A DNA stretch of 64,000 bases from Gammaproteobacteria bacterium (GCA_028821125.1 JAPPHD010000071.1:3837-67836), one strand, 5' to 3'; positions 21,971 through 31,194 are shown, numbered from the stretch's first letter. Numbers and translations: made by a program. Notes: generated by a model not told the origin, from the letters alone.

Positions 21971-22425
21971 ACCGACAGCCCGACGATGCCGTCGCCCTCG
22001 GCGAGCAGCGCGCCGTTTTCCTCCGAGGTGTATTCGTCCACCCGGGTGCGCCAGGTGTCGTGCGCCCAGATCTCGATCTTGTTTCCCTGCCCCACCAGCA
22101 CCAGGCTCTTTTCAAGCCCGCCCTGCTCTCGCAAGGGGGCCGGCAGCAGAATGCGGCCGTTGGCGTCGAGTTCGAGATCGGTGGCGTGGCCGATCAGTAT
22201 GCGCTGCAGCCAGCGGTTCTCCGGGCGGATGTTCGGCAGGGCATCGAGCTTGCGCTGTACTTCCTCCCACTCCGGCAGCGGATACAGCAGCAGGCACTTC
22301 TCGCGCATGTCGACGGTAACCACCACCTTGCCCCCCGCCACGGCGACCAGCCGCTCGCGGAATCTTGCCGGCATGGACATGCGTCCCTTGGCATCGAGTT
22401 TGGCGCTGGAGATCCCGCGAAACAT
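21967..22425 (-). CDS. mraZ: Transcriptional regulator MraZ
   Basis: ORF 21967..22431. ATG at 22425 gives MFRGISSAKLDAKGRMSMP, aligning with E. coli MFRGATLVNLDSKGRLSVP at 152 aa. GGTGGA lies 6 nt upstream. Confidence 0.92.
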   Translation of the reverse strand: MFRGISSAKLDAKGRMSMPARFRERLVAVAGGKVVVTVDMREKCLLLYPLPEWEEVQRKLDALPNIRPENRWLQRILIGHATDLELDANGRILLPAPLREQGGLEKSLVLVGQGNKIEIWAHDTWRTRVDEYTSEENGALLAEGDGIVGLSV

Positions 22426-22450
22426 CGTCATCCACCGGTTGGCGAGTTAG

Positions 22451-22475
22451 CCCACTTTTTCCCACAAAATCCCAT
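22451..22475 (-). promoter_or_regulatory. Putative MraZ operator: three TGGGN direct repeats with 5-nt spacers
   Basis: The minus strand reads ATGGGATTTTGTGGGAAAAAGTGGGC, about 25-50 nt upstream of the mraZ ATG. Same architecture as the E. coli MraZ-binding direct repeats. Confidence 0.6.
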
Positions 22476-22656
22476 AAAGCGACACTATAACCGCAAAAGC
22501 GCAGTGTCAAGACAAGAAAAATCGATTAACTCGCGGATTTAAAAGGGTTTTCCGACGCCGTTCGGAGGCGCGGACCAGTCCCATTCTGTATAGAAAATAT
22601 CGGCTAGACGGGGTTATCTAGAATCTACTTTAAAAAAATTCGTTCCATGACAGGGA

Positions 22657-23059
<403 letters not shown>

Positions 23060-23107
23060 GGCAAGCGTCCAGCCTTTGGGGGTCCATGTCAAACTGCCTT
23101 TATGGAA

Positions 23108-23147
23108 CAGATTTTCAACTCTTTGATTATATTGGGAATTTGATACA
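23108..23147 (-). promoter_or_regulatory. AT-rich module with IHF core consensus (AATCAA-agag-TTG, minus strand, 23116-23128) and TATAAT (23126-23131), upstream of rnpB
   Basis: Minus strand reads TGTATCAAATTCCCAATATAATCAAAGAGTTGAAAATCTG. It lies about 60-90 nt upstream of the mature rnpB 5' end. Paralogous to the modules at 9186, 40887 and 41129. Confidence 0.45.
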
Positions 23148-23200
23148 CGCCCCAATTTGGAATCGTTCCTTCCATGGAAGAACCGCCGGCTTTCGGCAGC

Positions 23201-23309
23201 GAGTTCGGATGCGGCGCTTCCCTTTCGGCGCACGGCCACATCATCCTGCTGGATTCAAGGTGTTCGGACGAGCTTAACGCGCCGAAAGGGAAGCACCGCA
23301 TCCGAACTC
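23201..23309 (-). repeat. Family B hairpin repeat, copy B1 (31-nt arms, 47-nt loop)
   Basis: Arms are GAGTTCGGATGCGGCGCTTCCCTTTCGGCGC (23201-23231) and GCGCCGAAAGGGAAGCACCGCATCCGAACTC (23279-23309). The second copy, inverted, is at 40758-40866. Confidence 0.9.
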
Positions 23310-23340
23310 TTTCCCAAATCCGGGCGTTGTTGCATCCACG

Positions 23341-24192
23341 TCAGCGTCCCGGCGCGCCGGGAGCCTGCTCCGAGGCGGCAAGCACCCGGTCGTAGTAGTC
23401 GGACTTCGAACCTCCGCAGACCTCGGCCATTACCCGGGCGGCTCGCGCCGGGGGCAGTTCCCGGGCCAGGGCCCTCATCAGCCGCTTCTCGTCCAGCTTC
23501 CGGCCGGTTGGTTCGGTTGCGCCCTGGAGTACGCAGACGAATTCGCCGCGCAGTGCGTCCTCCGATTCAAGCTCGTGCAACACCGTTGCGGCCGTGCCTG
23601 TCAGAAAAGACTCGAACTTCTTTGTCATTTCGCGGGCGACCATGAGCATCCGGTCCGGCGCCAGGCTGTCGATGAGTTGCAGCGTCGACGCGATGCGATG
23701 GGGAGCCTCGAAGAAAACGGTGGCCTGGCCCGAGTCGCAGATTGCTTCGAGTTCACGTCGGCGTGCGGTCTGCCCGGCGTCCAGGAAACCGGCGAAGCGA
23801 TACCCGTCGAGGGGCAGCGGGCAGACCGAGAGGGCGGCGGTGACCGCGCTCGCGCCCGGAACCGGCGAAACGGGGATGCCGCGCTCCCCGCACAGGCTGA
23901 CCAGGCGGTAGCCCGGGTCGGAAATGAGCGGGGTCCCGGCATCGGAGACCAGCGCGACCTGCTCGCCCGCCTCTAGGCGCTCGAGCACCCGCGCCGCCGC
24001 GCGCGGCTCGTTGTCGTCGCGCAGCGAAACCAGGCGCGGGCGGCGGATGTTCAGGTGCGCTAACAGGGCGGAAGTGCGTCTGGTATCCTCCGAGGCGATT
24101 GTCTCAACCGTTTCGAGGACATTGACCGCTCGACGCGTCATGTCCCCCAGGTTTCCAATAGGCGTTGCCACCACATACAGGCATCCCGGCAT
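23341..24192 (-). CDS. rsmI: 16S rRNA (cytidine1402-2'-O)-methyltransferase RsmI
   Basis: 283 codons of ORF 23341..24399, starting at MPGCLYVVATPIGNLGDMT (ATG 24192). Tetrapyrrole-methylase fold motifs. Divergent from lpoA as in E. coli. Confidence 0.9.
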   Translation of the reverse strand: MPGCLYVVATPIGNLGDMTRRAVNVLETVETIASEDTRRTSALLAHLNIRRPRLVSLRDDNEPRAAARVLERLEAGEQVALVSDAGTPLISDPGYRLVSLCGERGIPVSPVPGASAVTAALSVCPLPLDGYRFAGFLDAGQTARRRELEAICDSGQATVFFEAPHRIASTLQLIDSLAPDRMLMVAREMTKKFESFLTGTAATVLHELESEDALRGEFVCVLQGATEPTGRKLDEKRLMRALARELPPARAARVMAEVCGGSKSDYYDRVLAASEQAPGAPGR

Positions 24193-24247
24193 GTGCTTTC
24201 CAGAGCGCGCAACCAGTCCTGGCGCAAAATACCCCGATTTCCGGCGG

Positions 24248-25933
24248 GTGACCATCCGGCACCGGTCCGCGCTGCCGGTTCGCGTGCTGCCCGGCCGGCG
24301 GCCGCTGGCCTTGTTGGCGTGCCTGATGCTGGCCGCCTGCGAGGCCACCGCGCCGGTACCGGTTGTCGAACAGGCGGTACCGGAACGCCCTGCCGTCACC
24401 GGCGAAGACGCGATTCACGGGTCGGTCGACCTTGCGGACCTGCGCGTCAGCGAGTCGTGCGAGCGGGAGGGGGATCGCCTGTGCGCCGTGGAGGCGCTGG
24501 CGCGATTTGTCGAGAGCGCTTCCTTCCGGAAACTGCCCGCCGCACCGGCCGCCGGGCAAGCCGACGGCAACGGGAGCCGGTCCGCCCGGCTCGACCGGCT
24601 CGACCGGCAGTCATTGAACGACCGCCTTTGGCGGCTGACCGGAGATTTTCTTCCGGCGGAGGTGGCGTTTCTCGCACAACATCACGAGTTGTCCGCCCTG
24701 TGGCGTCTGCGCGAGGCCATGAGCGGCAGCCGTGCCCACCCGGAACAGGCCGAGCGGCTGCGGGCCTGGATGGTCCGGGAAGCCGGCCATCCGTTCGTTT
24801 CCCTGCCGCCCGGCAGCCTCGCCGACGCGCTCAAGCCAATGCGGGAACCCGGGCGAGTGGCGCTCTTCGTTCCCCTGAGCGGCGCCCTGGCGGCGGCCGG
24901 CCGTGCGGTGCGCGACGGGTTCATCGCCGCCTACCTGGACGACACCGGGCCGCTCAAGCCGCCCGTGCGCATATACGACACCGCCGCCGCCCCTATCGGC
25001 GCGATTTACGAGCGCAGCCTCTCGGACGGCGTCGACCTGATCGTCGGCCCGTTGAGCAAGGGGAAACTTGAAGCGCTCCGGGGCCTGAATCCCCGGGTGG
25101 CGGTGCTTGGCCTCAACTACATCGAGGCTTCGGGCGGCGGCGAGTCCGGCCAGGATCGGCCCCCGGAATCCGGCATCCAGGCGCCGCCTTACTCCGAACC
25201 CCCGTTTCTCCAGTTGGGCCTCGCCGTCGAAGACGAAGCGGCGACCATCACCGAGCACCTGCTCGCCCGGAAACTCAAGCGCCTGCTCGCCATACGCGGC
25301 ACCGAAGACTGGGCCGTGCGCGGCGTTCGCGCATTCGCGGATACCTGGCCGTTCGATGTCGAACTCCAGGCGTTCACCGACGTCAGAACCGTCACCGAAT
25401 CCGTCGGCGCGGCCATGGGAGTGGCTGCCAGCGAAGAACGCAGGGAGAGCCTGGAACGGCTGCTGAACAGGAAGGTGGAATTCCAGCCCCGGGCGCGTTC
25501 GGATCTCGACGGCGTGGTCGCCTTCGTCGACCACCTCGAGGCCACCGCCCTGGCGCCGGCGCTGAAGTATCACCTGGCGGGCCGGGTGCCCCCGATTTAC
25601 GCCAGTTCACAAAGTGTGCGCAATGCATCCTCGCTTGCCGAACTGAGCGGCTTTCACGTTACCGAGATGCCCTTCAACCTGTACGCCGAGCCCCTTTGGA
25701 GCGCGGTGAAGACATCGTTCGGCGGCGGCGGCAATGTCGCGGCGCTCCGGTCGCTCGGCATGGACGCCTTTCGCATCGTCAGTCTCTGGGGCTGGGTTGC
25801 GCACGGCGAACCGGTGTATGGCGCAACGGGCAGGCTGCGGCTCGAGCGGGACGGGCAGGTGCGCCGCCGGCTTGCCTGGGCAACAGTCAGCGGCGGCAGG
25901 GTCCGCCCGCTGGCCGCAGGCGCGGCGCCGTAG
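24248..25933 (+). CDS. lpoA: Penicillin-binding protein activator LpoA-like lipoprotein (LppC family)
   Basis: In frame with ORF 23924..25933. GTG 24248 gives a signal peptide ending in the lipobox LAAC. C-terminal periplasmic-binding-protein-like domain. Position rsmI / lpoA-yraN as in E. coli. The start is uncertain (ATG 24191 would overlap the rsmI start). Confidence 0.72.
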   Translation: MTIRHRSALPVRVLPGRRPLALLACLMLAACEATAPVPVVEQAVPERPAVTGEDAIHGSVDLADLRVSESCEREGDRLCAVEALARFVESASFRKLPAAPAAGQADGNGSRSARLDRLDRQSLNDRLWRLTGDFLPAEVAFLAQHHELSALWRLREAMSGSRAHPEQAERLRAWMVREAGHPFVSLPPGSLADALKPMREPGRVALFVPLSGALAAAGRAVRDGFIAAYLDDTGPLKPPVRIYDTAAAPIGAIYERSLSDGVDLIVGPLSKGKLEALRGLNPRVAVLGLNYIEASGGGESGQDRPPESGIQAPPYSEPPFLQLGLAVEDEAATITEHLLARKLKRLLAIRGTEDWAVRGVRAFADTWPFDVELQAFTDVRTVTESVGAAMGVAASEERRESLERLLNRKVEFQPRARSDLDGVVAFVDHLEATALAPALKYHLAGRVPPIYASSQSVRNASSLAELSGFHVTEMPFNLYAEPLWSAVKTSFGGGGNVAALRSLGMDAFRIVSLWGWVAHGEPVYGATGRLRLERDGQVRRRLAWATVSGGRVRPLAAGAAP

Positions 25934-25939
25934 GGTCCC

Positions 25940-26371
25940 GTGTCCCGGCGAGCCTCCTCAACCCGGCAGCGGCCCACGCCGCAGTCCGCCTCGTCCGATT
26001 CATCCACCGTCGCCAAGGGTCGGCGGGCCGAGGATCTCGCCCTGCAATACCTGCAGGGAAAGGGTCTCCGGCTGATCGCCAGGAACTACCGCTGCCGGGT
26101 CGGCGAAGTCGACCTCGTCATGACGAAGGCGGGCATCGTCGTCTTCGTGGAAGTCCGGTCGCGCGCGTCCTCCGCTTTCGCCAACCCGAAGGAAACCGTC
26201 GACTGGCGCAAACAGCGGCGCCTGGCCAGGGTCGCCGCCTGGTTCCTGCGCTCGCGCCGGGACCTGGCATCTCATCCGGTCCGATTTGACGTCGTGTCGG
26301 TGACAACGCCAAACTACGACGCCAGACTGGAGTGGATCCAGAACGCTTTTCAGGTCGATGACTCCTGCTGA
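25940..26371 (+). CDS. yraN: YraN family (UPF0102) endonuclease-like protein
   Basis: ORF 25940..26371. GRRAEDLALQYL..GEVDLV..VFVEVR motif typical of UPF0102. Confidence 0.85.
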   Translation: MSRRASSTRQRPTPQSASSDSSTVAKGRRAEDLALQYLQGKGLRLIARNYRCRVGEVDLVMTKAGIVVFVEVRSRASSAFANPKETVDWRKQRRLARVAAWFLRSRRDLASHPVRFDVVSVTTPNYDARLEWIQNAFQVDDSC

Positions 26372-26993
26372 CGCTCTCCCAGGCTCAACTGCCCGTCTCA
26401 AGCCGGCGAAGACCGAACCGGTGGGGTACCGCGCCGTCGCACTACTGAGGCGGGTCGCGGCACTGCTGGTTCTACCCGTGTTCACACTGACGCTCCCGTC
26501 CTGCGCCACGTTCTCCGACGATCCCCGGGCGCGAACGCCCGGGTCGATGATCGACGACGAGGCGCTCGAGAAGGTGGTCGAACGGGAAATCCGCAAATCC
26601 GATCCGGAACTCAAGGGCGCTCACCTGGTCGTGGTCAGCTACGGCGGCATCGTGCTGCTGATCGGCCAGGTATCCACTGAAGAACTGAAGAACAAGGCGC
26701 AGGCCGTGACCCAGGGCATCGCCAAGGTGAGCAAGGTGCACAACGAGATCGGCGTGGGCGGCCCCATCTCCTACGTGGCCCGCACCAATGACGGGTGGCT
26801 CACCAGCAAGGTAAAAGGGAAGCTGATCGTCGCCGACGATGTGCCGGGCCGGAAGGTCAAGGTGCAGACGGAGAACGGCGTCGTCTACCTCATGGGCTTT
26901 CTGACCCGCGCCGAGGCCGATGCGGCGGTGCAGTCTGCCGCGTCGGTGTTCGGAGTACAGCAGATCGTCAGGGTGTTCGAATACCTCGACTGA
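26358..26993 (+). CDS. dolP: Dual-BON-domain outer-membrane lipoprotein DolP (YraP)
   Basis: ORF 26358..26993. Lipobox LPSC and two BON domains. GTG 26421 is an alternative start that gives a canonical-length signal peptide. Confidence 0.8.
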   Translation: MTPADALPGSTARLKPAKTEPVGYRAVALLRRVAALLVLPVFTLTLPSCATFSDDPRARTPGSMIDDEALEKVVEREIRKSDPELKGAHLVVVSYGGIVLLIGQVSTEELKNKAQAVTQGIAKVSKVHNEIGVGGPISYVARTNDGWLTSKVKGKLIVADDVPGRKVKVQTENGVVYLMGFLTRAEADAAVQSAASVFGVQQIVRVFEYLD

Positions 26994-27057
26994 AGGCTGC
27001 CGAACGTAGCGAGGTCCGCAAGATCAGCGAAACCACCGGGTGCGGGGAACCTGGTTG

Positions 27058-27690
27058 TTACTCCTGCATCTCCAGTTCCGTTTCGGTCAGGCTGGACCGG
27101 AACGATTCGCGCTCGAAGATCATCTGCATGTAGTTCTGCAGCGGCCGGGTGGAGCGCTCGGGCAAGGTGATGCCGACGACCTTCAGCCGCCAGAATATCG
27201 GCGCCACGCAGCAGTCCACCAGCGTGAACTCGTCGTTCATGAAGAACGGCTTCTCGCTGAAGATCGGCGCGATGCCGACGATGCTCTCGCGCAGCTCGTT
27301 GCGGGCCCGGGTGCGTACGGTTTCCCGCCCCTTGCCGGTCATCAGCAGATCGAGCTTGCCGCTCCACTCCTTCTCCACCCGGGAGATCCAGAGCCTCGAG
27401 AGCGCCCGCTGCACCGGGTAGACGGGCAGGAGCGGCGGGTGCGGGAACCGCTCGTCCAGGTACTCCATGATCACGTTCGCCTCGTAGAGCACCAGGTCCC
27501 TGTCGGCCAGTATGGGCAGGCTGTTGTAGGGGCTGATCTCGACCAGCTCTTCCGGTTTGCGGTTGGGGTCGATGTCGACGATGTCGACGGTGACGCTCTT
27601 TTCGGCCAGCACCATCCTCACCCGATGGGAATAGTGATCCCGCGCGTCCGAGAAGAAGGTCATTGAAGATCGTCGGGTGACTAGGCTCAT
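27058..27690 (-). CDS. sspA: Stringent starvation protein A (GST-like)
   Basis: ORF 27058..27690. MTFFSD..YSHRVRMVLAEK..IMEYLDERFPHPPLLPVYPV is close to E. coli SspA. Confidence 0.92.
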   Translation of the reverse strand: MSLVTRRSSMTFFSDARDHYSHRVRMVLAEKSVTVDIVDIDPNRKPEELVEISPYNSLPILADRDLVLYEANVIMEYLDERFPHPPLLPVYPVQRALSRLWISRVEKEWSGKLDLLMTGKGRETVRTRARNELRESIVGIAPIFSEKPFFMNDEFTLVDCCVAPIFWRLKVVGITLPERSTRPLQNYMQMIFERESFRSSLTETELEMQE

Positions 27691-27739
27691 GGCGCTGTTC
27701 CTCGCGGGCCCGGCAGCCGGGCTCCGCCGGTTGGAAATA

Positions 27740-28483
27740 TCAGTGAACGTCCTTCCAGAACTCCCGGTTCAGCAACCAGGTGAATACACCCAGAAAGGCG
27801 AGAAACAGCAGCACATAGACGCCCAGCCGCTGCCGTTCGAGCCGCATCGGCTCTCCGACATAGTGGAGAAAGTTGACCAGGTCAAACACCGCCCGGTCGT
27901 ACTCCCCGCTGGAATAAAGCCCGGTGCCCGCATCGACGGCCAGTTCGAAACAGTCCTCGGCTTCCGGCGCGCACATGTCTCTCTGCACGCCCTGCAGATC
28001 GAGCATGACATGGGGCATGCCCACGTTCTCGAAAACCTTGTTGTTCACGCCGAACGGGCGGGACTCGTCCACATAGAAGGCTTTCAGGTAGTTGTAGAGC
28101 CATTCGGGGCTGCGCACCCGCGTCACCATCGTGAGGTCCGGGGCGGGGCCGCCGAACCAGTCGCGGGCCTGGTCGGTGTCCATCGACGTGGTCATCGGTT
28201 CGCCGATCTTCTGGCCGGTGAAGATCACCGTCTCGAGGGCGACGTCGTGGGGGATGCCCAGGTCGTCCGCGGTGCGCTCATAGCGCTGAAAACGCAGGGA
28301 GTGGCAGCCGAGGCAGTAGTTCGTGTACAGGCGCAGGCCGCGCTGCAGCGACGGCAGGTCGCGCAGGTCGGGTTCCATCGCCTCCATGGGCCAGCCGGAT
28401 GCCGCCGCCGCGGCGGGGTTCGGCAGGTTTCCGGTTGCCGTTGCGAAGAGCGCCGCCAGGACCAGAACGAGTCGGTGCGCCAT
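27740..28483 (-). CDS. petC: Cytochrome c1 of the bc1 complex
   Basis: 247 codons of ORF 27740..28729, starting at MAHRLVLVLAALFATATG (ATG 28483). Haem motif CLGCHS and a C-terminal TM anchor. ATG 28540 is an alternative start. Confidence 0.88.
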   Translation of the reverse strand: MAHRLVLVLAALFATATGNLPNPAAAAASGWPMEAMEPDLRDLPSLQRGLRLYTNYCLGCHSLRFQRYERTADDLGIPHDVALETVIFTGQKIGEPMTTSMDTDQARDWFGGPAPDLTMVTRVRSPEWLYNYLKAFYVDESRPFGVNNKVFENVGMPHVMLDLQGVQRDMCAPEAEDCFELAVDAGTGLYSSGEYDRAVFDLVNFLHYVGEPMRLERQRLGVYVLLFLAFLGVFTWLLNREFWKDVH

Positions 28484-28493
28484 TGCCGGGCCT

Positions 28494-28659
28494 CTAGCAG
28501 CCCGTGGCAAAAGTCCGCCTGCATTCGAACGCCGCTGCATCCCGCCTGACTGCGTTGCTCGTCGCTCAAATATGCCCGATATTTTCGTTCCTCGCGCCTT
28601 GTCAGGCGGGCGCATCGGCGTTCTCGGTGCTACGCCGGACTTTCGCCACGGGCTGCTAG
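28494..28659 (-). repeat. Long imperfect palindrome (family D, single copy in this window) in the petB-petC spacer
   Basis: Outer arms are CTAGCAGCCCGTGGCAAAAGTCCG (28494-28517) and CGGACTTTCGCCACGGGCTGCTAG (28636-28659), matching at 23 of 24 positions. Inner arms are ..CCCGCCTGAC / GTCAGGCGGG... Confidence 0.85.
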
Positions 28660-28743
28660 CTGGCGGGTGAAGGTGGGCAGATGGGTCGGATTCGCGCACG
28701 TTGGCCGTATTCCCCTCAGGCTTGAACATCGGGCATCGTTTGG

Positions 28744-30006
28744 TCAGGCGACCCGTTCAGGCACGGGCCTGGTCTTCTCCGCCCGCGTATACCACGGCAT
28801 CAGCACGAAGTAGGCGAAGTAGAGCACGGTGCAGATCTGGGCAAGGACCGTGGCCAGCGGCGACGGCGGCACCATCCCCAGGTAACCCAGTATGAAGAAG
28901 CTGACCACGAAGATCGCCAGCATCGCCTTGGAGATGGCCCCCTTGAAGCGCATGGGCGCAACCGGGCTCTTGTCGAGCCACGGCAGGAAGGCGGGGATGA
29001 CGATGGCGCCCACCATCACCACCAGCCCCCAGAACTTTGCCGGTACGCCGAACAGCGGGAAGGTCGCCGCGCGCAGCATGGCGTAGAACGGCGTGTAGTA
29101 CCACACCGGCGCGATGTGCTCGGGTGTCTTCAGTGGGTCGGCCATCTCGAAATTCGGTTTCTCCAGGAAGTAACCGCCCATCTCCGGTGCGAAGAACACC
29201 ACCGCGCAGAACAGGAACAGGAAAACCACGGTGGCGTGCACGTCGTGGGTTACCGTGTAGGGCCAGAACGGCACGCCGTCGAGGGGCTTGCCGGCCGCGT
29301 CCTTGAACTTCTTGATGTCCACGCCGTCCGGCGCCGTGGAGCCGACGTGGTGCAACGCGATGAAATGCACGAACACCAGCCCCACCAGGATGAGCGGCAG
29401 GGCCACCACGTGCAGCGCGAAGAAGCGGTTCAGGGTGATGTCCGACATGAGGTAGTCGCCGCGCAGCCACTCCATCAGGTCTGGGCCCACGAAGGGTATG
29501 GCGCCCACCAGCGAGACGATGACCTGCGCGCCCCAGTAGGACATGTTGCCCCAGGGGAGGAGATAGCCGAAGAAGCCTTCCGCCATCAACGCCAGGTAGA
29601 TGGCCATGCCGATCAGCCACAGAAGCTCCCGGGGTTTGCGGTACGACCCGTACATCAGGCCGCGGAACATGTGCAGATAGACGATCACGAAGAAGGCCGA
29701 GGCGCCCGTGGAATGCAGGTAGCGGAGCAGCCAGCCGAATTCCACGTCGCGCATGATGTACTCGACCGAGGCGAACGCCCCCTCCCCGCTCGGCACGTAG
29801 CTCATGGTCAGCCAGATGCCGGTGACAAGCTGCAGCACCAGGATGAAGGTGGCCAGCCAGCCCATGAGATACCAGAAGTTGTGGTTCCTGGGGGCGTAGT
29901 ACTTCGAGAGGTGGTATTCCCAGGTCTCCGTCGCGGGGAAGCGGTCGTCCAGCCAGCCGACGAAGGAGCGCAGGTTTGTCGCGAACCTGCCTTGGCTCTG
30001 CTGCAT
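28744..30006 (-). CDS. petB: Cytochrome b of the bc1 complex
   Basis: ORF 28744..30006. Typical cytochrome b N- and C-terminal domains (..RYLHSTGASAFF.., ..PEWYF-like VWYYTPFYAMLR). Confidence 0.95.
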   Translation of the reverse strand: MQQSQGRFATNLRSFVGWLDDRFPATETWEYHLSKYYAPRNHNFWYLMGWLATFILVLQLVTGIWLTMSYVPSGEGAFASVEYIMRDVEFGWLLRYLHSTGASAFFVIVYLHMFRGLMYGSYRKPRELLWLIGMAIYLALMAEGFFGYLLPWGNMSYWGAQVIVSLVGAIPFVGPDLMEWLRGDYLMSDITLNRFFALHVVALPLILVGLVFVHFIALHHVGSTAPDGVDIKKFKDAAGKPLDGVPFWPYTVTHDVHATVVFLFLFCAVVFFAPEMGGYFLEKPNFEMADPLKTPEHIAPVWYYTPFYAMLRAATFPLFGVPAKFWGLVVMVGAIVIPAFLPWLDKSPVAPMRFKGAISKAMLAIFVVSFFILGYLGMVPPSPLATVLAQICTVLYFAYFVLMPWYTRAEKTRPVPERVA

Positions 30007-30647
30007 CAGGCCGTCTCCTCGTCCTCGCCGATGACGATGACCGTGTCCGATACGAACCGGTAGGGGGGCACCTCCAGGTTATCGGGCGCCGGCACCGCCT
30101 TGACCACCCGGCCCGCCAGGTCGAAGCGCGAACCGTGGCAGGGGCAGAAGAACCCGCCTTGCCAGTTGGGGTCGAAGGGCTCAGGGCGAATCACGCCGTG
30201 GTACTTGGGGGAGCAGCCGAGGTGGGTGCACAGGCCCAGGTACACGCCGATGTCGGGGCGCTTGGAGCGCCAGGGATTGCGCGCGTAGTCGGGCTGCATC
30301 TCGAGGTTTTCGGAATTCTCGTCCGCCAGGCTGTCGTTTTCCGCCTTGAGGCGCTCGACGGCCGCCTCGTCCCGCTTTACCACGAAAACGGGCTTGCCCC
30401 GCCAGGCCGGAATGGGGCCGAGGATCTCGCCGGGGCGAAGCTTGGAGATGTCGAGGGTTACCGGGGCGCCGGCAGCGCGCGCCCGGGCGCTCGGCAGCCA
30501 GGAGCGAACGAAGGGAACCGCCGCTCCGATGGCGCCGACGCCGCCGATGGTGGCCGTGGCGCCCACCAGAAAGTTGCGCCGCTTGCGGTTGGCTTCGGGT
30601 GCGCCCTGCCCGCCCGCGGCCGGTTCATCGAACGTATCGGTGCTCAA
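30006..30647 (-). CDS. petA: Ubiquinol-cytochrome c reductase Rieske iron-sulfur subunit
   Basis: ORF 30006..30647. Tat-like RKRRNFL signal, and CTHLGC and CPCHGS 2Fe-2S boxes. TTG start. Confidence 0.93.
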   Translation of the reverse strand: MSTDTFDEPAAGGQGAPEANRKRRNFLVGATATIGGVGAIGAAVPFVRSWLPSARARAAGAPVTLDISKLRPGEILGPIPAWRGKPVFVVKRDEAAVERLKAENDSLADENSENLEMQPDYARNPWRSKRPDIGVYLGLCTHLGCSPKYHGVIRPEPFDPNWQGGFFCPCHGSRFDLAGRVVKAVPAPDNLEVPPYRFVSDTVIVIGEDEETA

Positions 30648-30791
30648 GGCGAAAAGTTCCTGTCAAGAAGCTGATTCTGGTGGTTTTGACGGCTTTTTCT
30701 GGTTTTGCCGCCGCCGTCGAGGCAAGCGAATTCTAACACAGCGACCCCTGCGACCACTCGGCCACCCAGCCCGGCAGGATACTCCGCCCGA

Positions 30792-31184
30792 TCAGCGCTT
30801 GGAGTACTGGGGACGCTTGCGTGCCTTGCGCAAACCGACCTTCTTCCGCTCGACCTCCCGCGCGTCCCGGGTGAGGAACCCCGCCTGGCGCAGCGGCTGG
30901 CGCAGCGTCTCGTCCTGCTCCACCAGCGCCCGGGCGATGCCGTGCCGGATCGCCCCCGCCTGGCCGGAGTTGCCGCCGCCGCGAACGGTCACCCGGATGT
31001 CCACCTTGTCGGCGAGCTCCGCCACCTCGAGCGGCTGACGGACGATCATGCGCGCCGTCTCGCGGCCGAAATAGCGGTCGAGCGGCCGGGAGTTGACCGT
31101 GATGCTGCCCGAGCCGGAAGCGATGTATACCCTGGCGGCAGAGGTCTTGCGCCTGCCGGTTCCGTATGTCGTCTGGTCCGCCAC
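30792..31184 (-). CDS. rpsI: 30S ribosomal protein S9
   Basis: 130 codons of ORF 30792..31250. GTG 31184 is preceded by GGAG. ..[50 protein letters not shown]. Confidence 0.93.
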   Translation of the reverse strand: MADQTTYGTGRRKTSAARVYIASGSGSITVNSRPLDRYFGRETARMIVRQPLEVAELADKVDIRVTVRGGGNSGQAGAIRHGIARALVEQDETLRQPLRQAGFLTRDAREVERKKVGLRKARKRPQYSKR

Positions 31185-31194
31185 GATTGCTCCG

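Noticed and set aside
23060-23200. A confident rnpB promoter call (TTGGGG-N18-TATAAT on the minus strand)
   Set aside because: The -35 match is weak, and the implied start would be about 60 nt upstream of the mature 5' end. It is plausible if the precursor is processed but not demonstrable from sequence. It is reported only as part of the AT-rich module.
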